A stretch of DNA of 64,000 bases from the human T2T-CHM13v2.0 reference genome, Homo sapiens, in the NCBI RefSeq assembly GCF_009914755.1, contig NC_060947.1, one strand, 5' to 3'. The notes under the pieces are model-generated. The model was not told the origin of the DNA, searched no databases, and saw only the letters and a program-made list of their open reading frames with translations. Made by a program: the position numbers and the translations under genes. This document shows, piece after piece, positions 25,781 to 42,024 of this stretch. Each line of letters starts with the position of its first letter. Position 1 is the first letter of the stretch.

Positions 25781-26550
25781 CCATGGCTTTGGGAAAGGGC
25801 TGTGCCCAGAGGGGATTCTTTTCTATACAACACAAAGGCTTTGTCTGTGCTCAGCAGCCGTGTGTTTAGGACATTTCCTGGGCCTTATGGCCTCTGACAG
25901 TCATCCTTTACTGTCTAAATCTCTTAGCAGATGCACCCTCACCAGCTAGCCAATTCTGTCTCCTGGTTCTCACCCTGGGTATGAGACTATGCTGATTTCT
26001 TGTTTCAGCAACATCCCGGGCATAAAACAGCATTTTTTGTTATTTACTCACGTAAATAATCAGTTGCTGGAGGCTGTTCTGGAAAGCAGGACACATACAG
26101 CACACATAGGAATGAATCCATCCAGCACTGCTCCTCCTTGGAGCCAGGAGTCCCATTAGGGCTTCATCATCTCCTCTGTCACCATTTGGTACTTTTGGTT
26201 CTTTCTGTCTCCCTCAAGACTAGTTAAGACAGCTAATGTGTGGATGCAGTTTCGAAAACAATACTTTTCATAGCAGTGGTTTGAGCTAATGGTGTTTTTC
26301 ATCTCAAAAATGTTTTACAAACATTAATTAAGCTTATGTAGCTCCCTGGTGGGCTTAGGCAGAAAGAATGCCCAGAGAGAGAGAGTTTCCGCTTTTCCTC
26401 CAAGCCACAGAAAGTCCTCAAGGAAACAGAAGGCCTGGGGCTTCAGCCCAGCAGTCCTTTGCTTGAAGAAGACTTAACATACCTTTACAACTTTCCTGAT
26501 GCTCAGAAAATGAAGTCTTTTGTGATACTTCATAAAATGAAATCTCTTAG

Positions 26551-26916
<366 letters not shown>

Positions 26917-27287
26917 TAAAATGAAGTCCAGCCTGGACCACCTGTCAGAAAGTATTTTTTCTTTATTGTTGTGGCAAAGTATGTATCTATTGATATATTC
27001 TTAGTGAAGCAGGGAAACAGAAACTGCAAACCTAAACCAATTCAATAAAACATTACTTATTTCTCAGTAGGAAGAGGGAAAAAAGCTAGCAAGCATGAGT
27101 AAGAAGGAAGGATATGAGAGAATAGGAGATTCTTAAAGGCATTCTTTTCATTTCCTTCTTCTGACGCAGAAATCCAAACAAAAGCTTTAGAAGAAACACC
27201 TGGAAAAATAGTATCTCCACTTTGAAAATGCAGAAATACAGGCATAATACAATGGTGAAATTTATTCATGGTCATTCTCATCTCAAT

Positions 27288-27517
27288 CAATGGTTCTCAA
27301 CCAGGTGCTATTTTGCCCCCCAGGGACATCATTTTACAATGTCTAGACATTTTTGGTTGTCACCACTTGGGGAGGCGGTGTAAGGGTGGGCAAGTGGAGT
27401 GATACCGGCATCTAGTGGGTAGAGGATAAGGATGCTGCTACAAACATTGTACAATGCACAGGATAGCTCCCATCACCAAGAATGCTCTGACAGTGGTGCC
27501 AATGTTGAGGAACCCTA
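27288..27517 (+). mobile_element. MER20 (hAT-Charlie) DNA transposon
   Basis: CAATGGTTCTCAACC...TTTTGCCCCCCAGGGACA...GCATCTAGTGGGTAGAGG...TTGAGGAACCCT. Confidence 0.85.
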
Positions 27518-27789
27518 TTCTAAATCATTGCCTTGTCAGAGATGGATCTCCAAATCAAGTTGGAGTTTGTGGTATGTCATCCACACAGTTGACTCCAACC
27601 CACCCAACTCCAAGCAGGCTCAACATGGTGATGTTTCCCACTACTTGCTCTAGGATACCTTCATTAGGCCTGAAGACCCAACCTGTGCACAGACTCTAAA
27701 CTCAAACATGTACCTAGCTGCATTCTTGATTTTCTCACACAATCATGGCCATGCTTATATTTTGAAGTGATCCAGGATCCTTTTACTTT

Positions 27790-27928
27790 TTCTTCTAGTT
27801 CATTAAGGTGTAATTGACAAACAAAATTCATATATATTCAAGCTGTACAATGTGATGATTTGATATAGGCATACACTGTGAAGTGATTATCACAAATTAA
27901 CACATTCATCGCCATATCTAGTTATCTC

Positions 27929-27964
<36 letters not shown>

Positions 27965-28246
27965 GTGAGGACACTTAAGATCTACTCTCTTAGCAGATTT
28001 CAAGTAAACAAGAATGTATTATTAACTGTGATCATGCTGTATGTTAGATCACATACAGCTGTATGTTACACCATGCTGTATGTTAGATCACATAAGTTCT
28101 GGTGAACTTACTCATTTTATAACCAAAAGTTTGTACCCTTTGACCAACATCTCCCATTTTCCTCACCTCCCAGCCCCTGGCAACCACCATACTACTCTCT
28201 GCTTCTATGAGCTTGACTTTGTTTAGATTCCACATATAAGTGAGAC
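27790..28246 (-). mobile_element. L1MA-type 3' end, containing (TG)n; continues at ~29541
   Basis: Antisense L1M 3' UTR text (GTACAATGTGATGATTTGATATA...TTAGATTCCACATATAAGTGAGA). Confidence 0.8.
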
Positions 28247-28831
28247 TGTAGGAAAGTTTAAATTTTTTCCCCTGAAGTTTCAGTCATTTGAGTTTATAAA
28301 ACAAACTGATAATAGATTATCGGGAAAAACAGGCATACAAATTTTATTGTGTGCACATGTGTATGGAAGTCATACAAGCTCAAAGAAATGGCTAGAGGGT
28401 TGACACTTTTATACCATCTTGAGGTTACAGCAAGAATGAGGACTTGGATTATAGCAAAACAGGTTATGGTGGCAAGACAGGTTATGGGACAGAGAGAAGA
28501 GGAGGCCTGGCTAGTAAAGGTGGTCTTGTTATGCAGATGAAATCTCACAGATGAAATCTCTCTGAAATCCCTCAGAGAGAAGAGATGGGAGCCTGTGATA
28601 AATGTTTCTGCAGGGCCTTTAAAGTGTCAAGACTCCCAGGTGATCCTTCCTGGATCCAGAGGGAGAGAGTGGGGTGGTGTTTCAAAGAATACATGATAGC
28701 ATCTGTTGTTTACTTCATTTTACTCCCTCTACAGTTGCAAATCTCCTTCACACAAGATAGCTTTGCAGGCCACTTCTGTTGGCAGGCCCTGTGAACAGCC
28801 ACCTCAAAATATGTCAAAATATATATTAAAA

Positions 28832-29149
28832 TTTTTTTTTAATTTCAATACCTTTAGGGGTACAAGTAGTTTTCGGCTAAATGGATGAATTGCATGGTGG
28901 TAGTCTGGGATTTTAGTGCATTCATCACTCAAGTAGTGTACATTGCATCCAATATGTAGTTTTTCATTCCTCATCCTCCTCCTACCTCCTCCCTTCTGAG
29001 TCTCCAATGTCCTTTATACCACTCTGTATGCCTTTGCATACCCATAGCTTAGCTTCCACATATAAGTGAGAAAATACGGTATTTGGTTTTCCATTCCTTA
29101 GTTAACCTCTCTTAGAATAATGGTCTCCACTTCCACCCACGTGTGTATA

Positions 29150-29180
<31 letters not shown>

Positions 29181-29340
29181 GTATGTATATGTGTATGTGT
29201 GTGTGTGTATATATGTATGCATATTGTATATATATATATGTATATTCCTACCAGCAGTGCATAAGCACTCCCTTTCCACCACATCCATGCCAACATCTAT
29301 AGTTCTTTGAGTTTTTAATGTCCATTCTGGCTGGGGTAAG
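28832..29340 (-). mobile_element. L1PB/L1MA 3' end with internal (TG/TA)n
   Basis: T-run followed by GGGGTACAAGTAGTTTTCGG...CCCATAGCTTAGCTTCCAC; low-complexity 29141-29245. Confidence 0.8.
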
Positions 29341-29344
29341 GTGT

Positions 29345-29450
29345 TTTGCCATGTTTCCCAGGCTGGCCTTGAACTCGTGGTCTCAAGCGATCCAGCTACC
29401 TCGGCCTCCCAAAGTGCTAGGATTACAGGCATGAGTCACTGCACTGGGTC
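29345..29450 (-). mobile_element. Alu left-arm fragment
   Basis: CCTCGGCCTCCCAAAGTGCTAGGATTACAGGCATGAG. Confidence 0.85.
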
Positions 29451-29630
29451 AAGCTATTAATCCATCTTGAGTTAATTTTCGTATGTGGTGAGCAATAGGG
29501 ATGCATAATATTTTGGGGTGAGATATTTTGGTTTCTTTCAGATCATACAGTAATTGTGTCTAGTTTATTTCACTTATCATAATGTTTCCCATATGGATAG
29601 CAGGATTTTCTTCTTTTTATGATCAAATAG

Positions 29631-29951
<321 letters not shown>

Positions 29952-30094
29952 TCATTGTATTTACATACCACATTTTCTTTATTCATTCATCCATCCATTG
30001 ACAGACACTTAGGTTGTGTCCATATCTTGGCTATTGTGAATAATGCTGCAATGAACATGGAGGCTCAAGTATCTCTTGGAGATACTGATTTTAT

Positions 30095-30490
30095 TGTAAT
30101 AGCAGAGACATAGATCAGTGGAACAGAATAAAGAGCCCAGAAATAACCCCACACATGTACAGTCAACTAGTCTTTGATAAGGGTGCCAAGAATACATGAT
30201 GGGAACAGGACAGTCTCTTTAATAAATGGTTTTCGGAAAACTAGATACCCTCATGCAAAGAATAAAATTGGGGTTTTATCTCACGTTATATGCAAAAATT
30301 AACTCAAAATGGATTAAAGACGTAAAACCGTAATACTCCTAGAAGAAAACACAGCAAAAGCCTTCCTTGACGTTGGCAGTGATATGTTTAGATATGACCG
30401 CTAAAACACAAGCAACATAAGCAATGAACAAGTGAGACTACATCAAACTAAAAAGCTTCTACACAGCAAAGGAAACAATCAGCAAGGTGA
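30095..30490 (+). mobile_element. L1M ORF2 fragment, inverted relative to the adjacent antisense L1
   Basis: CATAGATCAGTGGAACAGAATAAAGAGCCCAGAAATA...AAAAGCTTCTACACAGCAAAGGAAACAATC. Confidence 0.8.
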
Positions 30491-31094
30491 AGCGGCTACC
30501 TCCAGGCTCCTTTTATTCAGAAAGGCATACACATTTCTGCTCAAATATTTTGCCAGTTCATTTTATTTGAGTAGAAACAGTCAAATGCCACATAAAGGAA
30601 AGCCCCCTCTAATGAACCCTCTGAAGCACATCATGTTAACTTTCCCATGCTAACTAATGTTGAGAAAGAGGAAGTTTTGCATTTTTTCCTTTGCCCCCTT
30701 GTTACAAAATCATCTGTTGACCTACAACCGGCGTTCTGCTTAAACGATTGTGTGCAGTGATCTTTAGAAAATGCAGTAGAGGAGAGAAAGGGGTCACAAG
30801 GGGAAAAAGATAGATTCACTTAAACTGCATGCATAGAAACCCTCCTTTTTTCTTTACAAGTTTTATCATGAAGCAAAAATATTGAGAGATAGTAACGTCA
30901 ATCAAAATTACAATCAAGTTAAACAATCTGGTGCATTCATCACTTTAGTAGTGTACATCCCTGTTTGTATTTTTCATTTCATTTCTATTAAGATTTAGTA
31001 CACAACCTAAAATACAAAGACAACTAGGACAAAATTCCTGCCTTTGAGCTCAGTTAACCATGGGAAATAAGTAATAAAACAACTTAGACAGGAA

Positions 31095-31300
31095 GTATAA
31101 TGAAGGTTACCAGGGACTGGAAGCGGGGGAAGAGTTATTGCTTAGTAATAGAGTATTTTGGGGTGATGAAAAAGCTTTGGAAACAGATCATGGTGATGGT
31201 TTTACAACTTTGTGAATGTAACTAATGCCACTGAGTTGTACACTTAAAAATGGTTAAAATCACAAATTTTATGTTGCACATATTTTATCACAATTTCTAA
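31095..31300 (+). mobile_element. L1MB-type 3' end
   Basis: GGTTACCAGGGACTGG...AATGCCACTGAGTTGTACACTTAAAAATGGTTAAAAT. Confidence 0.75.
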
Positions 31301-31456
31301 AATCAGAAAACCCTCAACTATCTGTGAAGTGTGACAACAGCTATAGATGAGATATACGTTAAAGATCTTGAGTAAACAAGAGAAATAATCTTTTAAAAAC
31401 AAAATGTATTGAGTTTCTACTTTTTCTTAGGCACTCTACTAGGCACTTAATATACA

Positions 31457-32262
31457 GTGTCTCAGTCTGCCTCCAAGAAGCAGACACCAAGATGAAATTG
31501 GAAATTGAACGTGCAGCTGGGCTCAGTGGCTCACACCTGTAATCCCAGCACTATGGGAGGCCGAGGTGGGAGGATCACATGAGCCCAGGAGTTTAAGACT
31601 AGCCTGGGCAACATAGCAAAACCCTGTCTCTATTAAAAAAAAAACACACAAAAAATTAGCTGGGTGTGGTGGTGCGTGCCTGTCATTCCAGCTACTCAAG
31701 AGGCTAAGATGGGAGGATCGCTTCAGCCCAGGAGATCAAGGCCGCAGTGAGCCATGATTGTACCACTGCACTCCAGCCTGGGCAACAGACTGAGGCCCTG
31801 TCTCAAAAAAAGGAAAAAAAAAAAAAAAGAAATTGAATGAGCTAGAGATGTATTGGGAGAAACACCTGTGCAGGATAAAGGGGAGGAAGCAGGGGTGTGC
31901 AGGGAGAGTCTCCCAACTGCAGTGCAGGCCTGACACCAGCTTAGAGGAGCAAAGGAAGGGAGAAAGAGGATTGGAGACAGAGCCTCAGACTGCAGTGCTG
32001 GTGTCAGAATGTTTAAGCCAGATCAGTGGGAGGCCTTCAAGCCCATGTCTCCTACTAGAGGAGTCTCATCCTCCAGCAATGGGCCTGATTTAGTTTCTCT
32101 GCTGGGCTTCATCAATGGCCGGGTGCAGCCTGAGGGAAGCATGGCCTCAGGGCAAGCCTGATGGAGGATCCAGGGGGACAGCACCCAGTGCTGGGATACT
32201 TATTTGCCAACTGCACATTCTCTAGAAGGAGCTCTGACTAGTGTACTTCTGTGGTCACCATA
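31457..32262. mobile_element. Old ERVL-type LTR interrupted by an Alu
   Basis: CCAAGAAGCAGACACCAAGA...ACACCTGTGCAGGATAAAGGGGAGG resembles old ERVL LTRs. Confidence 0.45.
31516..31831 (+). mobile_element. AluJ
   Basis: Full Alu with GGAGGATCAC.TGAGCCCAGGAG J-type diagnostics and A-tail. Confidence 0.93.
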
Positions 32263-32432
32263 CACCTAACCTCATTTAAAGCTCACAACGCCTCTTCCAG
32301 GCATTTTATTACCTCCAATTAACAAAAAAGGTAAACAGTAAGTTGCCCCAAAGCACACAGCTCTTAAGTGGTTGAGCTAGCTTTCAAAGCCAGGTTCAAA
32401 AGACTCCAAAACCAGTGTTGTGTCTCCTATAA

Positions 32433-32824
32433 TGTGGTAGATTAAATTATTGTTCAACAAGTATTTCCTTTCCCACACCTCCTGATCTCCATGGAAGGAT
32501 CATTCTCTGCCCCACTGCCATGGGGTTAGCTGTGCGTTGTGTTTTAGCCATGGAATATAGGTTTAAAGAACTGTGGGCCAGTTCTTGAGTCTTGGCTTTG
32601 AGAGGCATCATGTGTTTGCACTCGTCTCTTTCACAAAGCCATGTCAGAAGGTAATAGGCATAGAATCAGAGTAGCCTAGCTGACCCTCTGCCTGAAGCAA
32701 AGCACCATGCCTCTCACCTAGCCAACCTGCAGACTCAGGAGAAAGAAAGGTTTGTAATGGTAAGCTACTGAGATAGGTAGGGATTTTGTATACAGCATTA
32801 CTTTGGCAAGAGTTGACTGATACA
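32433..32824 (+). mobile_element. MLT1 (MaLR) LTR
   Basis: TGTGGTAGA start; TAAGCTACTGAGAT...ACAGCATTA...TGACTGATACA end. Confidence 0.75.
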
Positions 32825-32912
32825 TACCATGTTGCCTTTACAGAAGGAGCCAGGAGCCATTGATTCTGCCTGGGGGAAAGGGCAAAAGATTCATGAAAGA
32901 AGTAACATTTGA

Positions 32913-33230
<318 letters not shown>

Positions 33231-33659
33231 AGATTGTTCTTAAAAATATAATTGCATTTTTGAAAAAAAAAGTTGAATCTCCTTTCATTGTCAAAAATTT
33301 GGAAACTATGGGAAGTAGTAAAAATAAAGTCAAAGAGATTACATATGTTGATTATATATATATATTAGACTGCTCCATGCATTCTAGGCCTTTATGTGCT
33401 CTGGGGTTTTGCCTTTTTCGCCTGACCTATTATCAGCAACAATTTGTGTTCTTACATATGATACAATATTCTTTGAAGGCATGGTTTGTAATGGCTGCAG
33501 ATTGTTCATAGCAACAATAATTGTTTTAAGGACAAGGTGAAGCACACCAGAAGGAATTCTTTCATTCACTTATTTTAAAGTACTACTTATTGAGTACTTA
33601 CTACATGTCAGGCACTGTTTGAGGCACTAGGAAAACAACTGTAACAAAATAGATAAAGC

Positions 33660-34056
33660 CCCAATATCTATCAACAGGTAATTGAATAAGCAAGTTGTAG
33701 TATATCCATACAATGGAATACTACTCAGCAATAAAAAAGAACTAATTACTGATACATACTACAATGTGGATGAAACTCAAAAACATTATGCTAAGTGAAA
33801 GGAGTGACACCAAAAACTACATGTTGTATGATTGCATTTATATAAAAATCCAGATAATTCAAAGAAGTCTTACAGTGACAGAAAGCAGATCAGTGATTGC
33901 CAAGGAGGAGGGCACGGAGAGAGAGAAAAGAAGTATAAGGGGCATGAGAAACCTTTTGTGAGTGATAGATGTGTTCATGAATGTGTACATATGTCAAAAC
34001 TTTAAATATGTGCAGTTTACTGCATGTCAATGATACCTCCGTAGAGCTGTTTAAAA
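33660..34056 (+). mobile_element. L1M (MC/ME-type) 3' end
   Basis: ATCCATACAATGGAATACTACTCAGCAATAAAAAAGAA...TGGATGAAACTCAAAAACATTATGCTAAGTGAAAG. Confidence 0.8.
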
Positions 34057-34159
34057 AGTGATGGGAGTACAGTGAGGGCTGAAGAAGTGGTGGACAAGCA
34101 TTCTGAGCAGAAGGAAAAGCACATGCAAAGAAATAGAGGCATTTTGTTTAATAAGCCTG

Positions 34160-34400
34160 TAGGACTTACCATCTGCGAGGCAGTGTTTCAAGAGCTGTAT
34201 AAATATTAACTCATTTTATCCTAACAACATCCCTCTGAGATAAGTACTATTAATGCCATCCTTATTTTGCAGATAAATTGAGGCACAGAATTACTAAGTA
34301 ACTTGCCCAAAGGAACAGTAATTGTCAAAGCTGGGCTTTGAATCCAAGAGCCTAGGTCTAGAGTTCATAGTCTTAATTACTACAACATGCTGCCTCTACA
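34160..34400 (-). mobile_element. MIR
   Basis: Core TTTTGCAGATAAATTGAGGCACAGA...AAGTAACTTGCCCAA. Confidence 0.75.
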
Positions 34401-34752
34401 TGTCTGGGAACATATTTGGTAATATCTGTGTGTATATTTGAAAAGTCACATGACTATAGCCAAAAGTGGAGAGGGAAGAGAGGGAGGGGAAGACCTTGGA
34501 AATGTAGGTTGAGGTAAGCTCATTTAAGTATGCGAAGTCCAGGCCATATAATGAGAAGATATATTGGAACCCTCCTGAGTGATATCTTTATTTTGAATGG
34601 AAAAATCCATTCATTATCAAAGGCTAGTTATATCCTCAATGGAACACATCTGAAAGCAAAATTTCCACCACCCTTATAAAGGACTTAGTCCTGAATGCAC
34701 AAATTGATCAGATAGTGTATTATGCTCCCAAAGTAGCTTAAGAATTAGGTGA

Positions 34753-35110
<358 letters not shown>

Positions 35111-37024
35111 AGGCTTCCTTTTAAATCCGCTTCAGGAGACGCAGATGGAAGGAGAAAGGCCGAAGCACAAAGGCTCCCTATCAACACTTACAGAACTGCT
35201 GTTGCTTTTCTCTCTGGCTTTAAGAGAGATCACCTACAAAATCGTATTTGTGAAAGCTGAATCTGGCTGCCAAAGAATCCAGGGCTTGAAGCTAAATCTC
35301 TAAGGTCATGAATTGTCTTCTTATGCACTCCATGCCAGTCAGAACTCACCGATGTGCAGAGAGAGCTCACATCTTACCATTTCACAAACTTCATCAATAG
35401 CACATCTATCTCCCCAGGGCTCTGCACATTGCCAGAGAATCCCATCACCCTGAATTATTTCCCTTCTCTCTCCTTCCTCCTTCCTCCTTCATCCTAGACC
35501 CTCTAACTGCTCAGTAGACTCCAGTAGACTCTTAACCAAGCCCCACCCCCAGAGAACTGGTTTCCAAAGATGGCTTGGAGACAGTATGCCCAATTCCACA
35601 GTAGATTACAGTTTTTTGTTTCATTTTGTGTTTATCGGCAAAATGACATATAGGTCACTTCAACTTGTGGAAAATTCCTGATCCACTACAAGTATATTCA
35701 AATAAATCTTTCAGAAGTAGGAAATCTTATTACAAGCTACCCTCATGCACAGTGAACAGGGAAAGGAAGTGGGCTAGAACAAGAAGTCTGCTGCAAGGGA
35801 GAAATCCAGACTGCTAATTCTACCACATCACCAACTTTCTGTGGACTCACACCAAGGGAATTCTTCTTCCGAGAGCTCAATTTCCGCATGTGTAGAATAA
35901 GCTGAGGAGGGTGGGCGAGGGTCTTGGGACCTCCCCTAATCTTCATTGCATGGCCCTGGTGCATTTACTATGGGAAATGAGAATTCAGGCTCTGTCTCTG
36001 CCCCACCTATGGTAGATATATGGTCCCTCAAGTCTCCCTTCACCTGAGTAGTCCCATTCATCCAGGCACATCTAGAAGACAAAAATACTATTACTGCTGC
36101 ACCAACAGCCTGCAGTGATTGGTTTTACTTTTTCAAGCCAGAGCCCAGCTGGCTGTGAAACACCAAAGAGAGGAGGGCTCTGTGTTTATAGCTCAACTAT
36201 GAAGATGAGTTCACGTCAAGCATATTTGTCAGCTCATCTTATTCTGACACAGGCCCAAAGAACCGGGCTTGTGGGAAGTGCAAGGAGAAGAGTCGGGACT
36301 CTGATAAAAAAGATGGGTCTTTTTGAAATATTTGTCCAAGGCTGGTTCTTTGCATATATAAAACACTATATTATTTAAGTCGTCTTCACATTAATGATCT
36401 CACTAGAGGCTCAGAGGATAACATAATTCCATTTAACAAATGTGGAAATTAAAACAGAGTTATGAATGCTATACCAAGTTCACACTATTTAGTGAAAGAG
36501 GTGGAGCTAAAACCCTAGGGACCTGATCCCAAGCCCAGTCTTATTGCAGCAAATTGGCCCAAACTGTGATCAGGGAACCGTGGCACTGTGGGATGCCAAT
36601 AGGTGTTATGCAAAGCAAATAATAAATAAAATTATGGAAGAAATTAAAGGCTTCAGGATCAAAAAGATTTGGAAAGTTTTTGATTAAACAAAGTCCAGCA
36701 TTTTACAGGACTTCTCAGAGACTTGAACATATTATTATCACTGCAAAGTTTCAAGAGTTTGGGATATAGCACTTTCCCAAATCAAGACTACATAACCCAT
36801 TTTTAGGGATGTTTGACGTAACTAGTATTCTTGAGGACATGCTTTGAGAAACTTTCCTAGGTCAACTGTGGGTTACATCCAGTCGTGAGTGATACCACAG
36901 CCCCTTGACCTGGTCATTCTCGAGGCTGAGTGGTATTGCATCTAGGGACACAGAATTAGAACAGAAGCTCATTTGAAATATGGAAAATATTTCGTGTTCA
37001 TAAATAGTCACTAGTGTTCTCTTT

Positions 37025-37335
37025 CTTGGTTTTGTTGTTGTTGTTGTTGGTTTTTGTTGTTTTTTGAGACAGTGTCTTGCTCTGTCTCCCAGGCTGGAGT
37101 GCAGTGCCACGATCATAGCTCACTGCAGCCTTGAACTCCTGGGCTCAAACAGTCTTCCCTAGTAGCTGGGACTACAGGTGCGTGCCACCATGCCTAGCTA
37201 ATATTTTTTATTTTTTTGTAGAGATGGAGGTCTCACTGTGTTGCCGAGGCTGGTCTCGAGTTCCTAGGCTCAAGCAATCCTTCCTCCTTGGCCTTCTAAG
37301 GTGCTGGGATTACAGGTGTAAGCCCCTGTGCCCAT
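37025..37335 (-). mobile_element. AluJ inside an MLT1 LTR
   Basis: Antisense Alu with (TTG)n tail; GTCACTA....CTCT on both sides. Confidence 0.9.
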
Positions 37336-37782
37336 CTTGTCACTAATACTCTCTAGGGGAGGGTCATTCTTCCCCACTCTGTTGATGTTTGACTTGGCCG
37401 CATGACTTGCTTTGGTCAAAATATGAGAGTGGACTTGTCACTAATACTCTCTAGGGGAGGGTCATTCTTCCCCACTCTATTGATGTTTGACTTGGCTACA
37501 TGACTTGCTTTGGTCAAAATATGAGAGTGGACACGACGTGTGGGACTTCTGGGCAGAAGATTTTGAGCCAGCACGCGGTTTGCCATGTGCATTTCCCTCT
37601 GCCATCATGACCAACCATGGTTCAAATAGAAATAGCTTCATCAGCCTGGGGCCTGGAGTGAGGAAAATATGGAGGCGAGCTGTTGCCAACCCATGATTGG
37701 AAATAGCCCCTGCTGTTGTAAAAGCACTAAGATTTGGGGGCATTTTTTACCAGAGGATAACCTGTGCCAGCCTGACCTTTAC
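37336..37782 (+). mobile_element. MLT1 (MaLR) LTR with an internal 98-bp tandem duplication
   Basis: CATGACTTGCTTTGGTCAA, TCAGCCTGGG, AAAGCACTAAGATTTGGGG motifs. Confidence 0.7.
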
Positions 37783-38023
37783 AATTTCCAGAACATTTAT
37801 CATCTCATAATTAAGTATTGATAAGGTATTTCTACAGAAAACATCTATTCATAATACAGAGTATTTGAAAAGTAATCAGAACTCAGCAGAAAATTCAGTG
37901 GTCCTAAATTTAGGAGACCTGTTTCTAACCTGCTTGCCTTTGATAATGTCTCTGAACTTCCAGTTTTTTAAAAAACGCCGAAACAGCTCACCTCACGTGA
38001 TTGATGAGACAATTAAATGGGAA

Positions 38024-38055
<32 letters not shown>

Positions 38056-38341
38056 GCACTTACATATATATGTATATTTTAAACTGTAAGGTGTTAAACG
38101 TAAGATATATATTCAGTGTGCTGTCCTGGCTGGGCTGGATTTCAGAGCTCCTGCCTTGTCAACATGAATAGCGTTACCTCCAAGTGAGGAAACAGGAAGT
38201 CAGATGCTCTTGATTCATGTCTGTGGTTCCTTTTCATCATATTCCATAAACTTTATAGAAGGAGACTTCCAAATTAACAAATATTGAAGTTTCTCCATCT
38301 ATCAAGATACTTTGGTCTCTAAGTAAAAGAAATCCTGGCTC

Positions 38342-38636
<295 letters not shown>

Positions 38637-39646
38637 ACCCTTGCTCACACAGACTTGAGCAATAAGGATGTATTTCATCTACTAAAACACCATGTCCAGT
38701 AGTCAGGTAGTCTATAGACCATCAACAGCTCGTTAATGGCAAAAACTCTGACTTTCTCAGACCCTTCTTTCTACCTTCCTCAGCATCAGCTTGCCCCTAA
38801 AGCAGTTTTCCTCACGGTCACTAAATGGCTGCTGGAAGAAATCACATCTAGAAGCTACACACGAGAGAGAGGAGATACAAACATTCCACCCACACACAAG
38901 TTGTAAGTCCTTCCTCAGTTTGCAAAAAACATGGGCCAAGGGCTTGATGGACTAACGGTGGAGAAGTCACCTCAGGAGCTCCGATGAGGATATCAGAGCA
39001 AAATCAAGATTTGTTAGTAATGAGGAAAAGAGAAACAGGCAAGAAAGTAATACTCTGAAAAGCAGCTCAACAGAAGAAAATCTAGCACCGCATGCATTTC
39101 CACAGACCCATGAACTGTTTCAGGTTCAGATTTGCAAACCTGATAACTGGGCATAAGTAATATCTCCTAACACTTAGCTTTACCATCTGTTGCTGACATA
39201 ACAATTTTACACAATACCAAAAATGCCAGATGGAAGCTACACATTAGCCATGTCCAAGATGTTTCGTGCTCACAACATATATGGAATAGCTTTGTTCCAT
39301 ACACTGTTGAGTTTGTAGTTCTCCACTTATAATTCTGGCCATTGATGGAGAAGGACAACTCCGAAGCTTCCCAATTACGTGCCTCCTTGATCTTTGGAAA
39401 GCTGTGCACACTGCTGGCCTCAGAATTTCTATCCAGGATAGACTTAGAAGCTACAATATATTTGGAGCTAGGGGGTGGGGAAGGGATGGCACACATATTT
39501 GAAACTGTGTTTGCACAGCGAATACACAGTTTTTATTTTAGAATTTATATTATGGTAAATAAGAATAGCAAAGTTTTCTAAAGATTTTTTAAAATTTTTA
39601 CTGTATGTAAGATTGAGAAAATGCCAGTTGCCCTTATCGTAGACTA

Positions 39647-40050
<404 letters not shown>

Positions 40051-40079
40051 ATGTATAAAGTATAATCAACAATTTCCCC

Positions 40080-41700
40080 ATTTTTATTGTAAGATGTTTT
40101 AAACATATATTAATATACAGAGTGATATAACAGATACCCATGTGCTCAACACTCAGATGTAACAGATATTAACATTTTGACATTCCCCAGGCCCTCTTCC
40201 TGGTTCCTACCCTTCCTCTTGCTGTGGAGGCCACCCCCATCTGGATCAATCTTCTCCATATTTTACACTATTACCATAAATGCATGTATCCACAGTAAGA
40301 CTCTAGTTTTGAAAATGGCATCCTATCAGGCATTATGAGGAGCTTGCCTTTTCATTGGTTGTTTTGATGAATCTTACCTATGTTGTTCTAGTTCCCTCGT
40401 TTGATTTGCTCTGTAATATTCCATCGCTGAATATAGTACAATCTACATATCTGTTGTTTGGTTGGTGAACATTTAAGTTACTTCCATTTTTCACCATTAC
40501 AAACATGCTGCAAAAACCAATCTGGTGTGTGATTCACTGTGCACATGTCAGATAACCTCTCTAGGTTAAAGATTCACAAAGGTAGAGTGAGAACTTTCAT
40601 TCCAGCATGATTTATCAACTTATACCACCAATGTATGAAAGTTTCTTTTCCTTCATTTTGCAAATCTGTTGGCTGTGAAATGGCATATTCTTGTTTAGTT
40701 TGCATTTCCTAAAAACTAGAGAAATAGAGCAACATTCCATTCATTTGGTATTCAAGTTTCCTCTTCTGTGAATTTGCTTTTTCATATATTTTGCCCATTT
40801 GGAGTATTTGTCTTTTTCTTGCTGAATTGTAAACATTTTTTTACATATTTTAAATACCAACATTTGTTGATTATATGCATTGCAAATATCTTCTTCCTGT
40901 CTATAATTTCTTTTAATTTTAAGGTGCTTTTTTCTTGTATTTAAGTTTGTAATTTTAGTGTAGTTATATTTGTCTATTTTTTCCTTAATTAAGGGTTTTG
41001 TTTTCTTGTGCTTGTCTATGGAAGATTTAAGATTATAAAGATTTTCTCCTTTATTTTCTTCCAGAAGTTTACATGGTTTCTTTTGACATTTAAATCTTTG
41101 TCTGGAATTTATCTTTGTGTGATATAAGCTAGTGACTTAATTTTCTTTTCAGAAGGATAACTAATTTCCCAGACTCGTTTGTTGAATAGTTTATACTTGC
41201 CCCACTAATTTGTAAGATCTTCTCTGTCACGCATCAAATCTCTGTGTATGCCTGGATCTGTTTTGTCCAACTCTGCACAAGTAGCATGCTATCTAAATTA
41301 CTATATTTTAAAAAGTAAGTCTTGATATTTGGTAGGGCAAGTTTCATGTGTCTTAACTATTATGGTCTCTTTCTCATCTATATGAATGTTAAGGTCAGCT
41401 CATCAGTTTCCACAGAAAATCCTTTCTAGATTTTGATTTGAATTACATTGCATTTATAGATTAGTTTGAGAAGCATCATCTTCCCGATCTTGTCTTTCCT
41501 TTCATGAACCTGCTATATTTCTGCATATATTTAGGCCATCTTACACATCTTTCAGTACTGTTTTGTATTTTTCTCCATAAAAGGTTTTGCATACCTTGTG
41601 TAAATTTATTCTTAGGCATCTTTTAGGTCATATAACTGTGGTAAATGAGAACTTTATTCTAAAACATTTTCTATGCCTATCAACATTTTCTCCGCTATTT
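40080..41700 (-). mobile_element. Old L1M fragment
   Basis: T-rich antisense L1 text (GTTTGCATTTCCT, TATATGCATTGCAAATATCTTC, ATAGATTAGTTTGAGAAG). Confidence 0.7.
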
Positions 41701-41724
41701 TTTTCTTTTATGTTTTATACCTAA

Positions 41725-42024
<300 letters not shown>

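Larger units (their letters stand above)
28247..29540. mobile_element. MER4-group ERV1 LTR interrupted by L1/Alu pieces
   Basis: TG start at 28247; MER4-group tail CAAAATATGTCAAA...ATATTTTGGGGTGAGATATTTTGGTTTCTTTCA split between ~28830 and ~29507-29540. Confidence 0.65.

Noticed and set aside
25045-25949. Cluster of overlapping 78-136-aa ORFs
   Set aside because: Explained by the GC-rich solo LTR; no protein homology evident.
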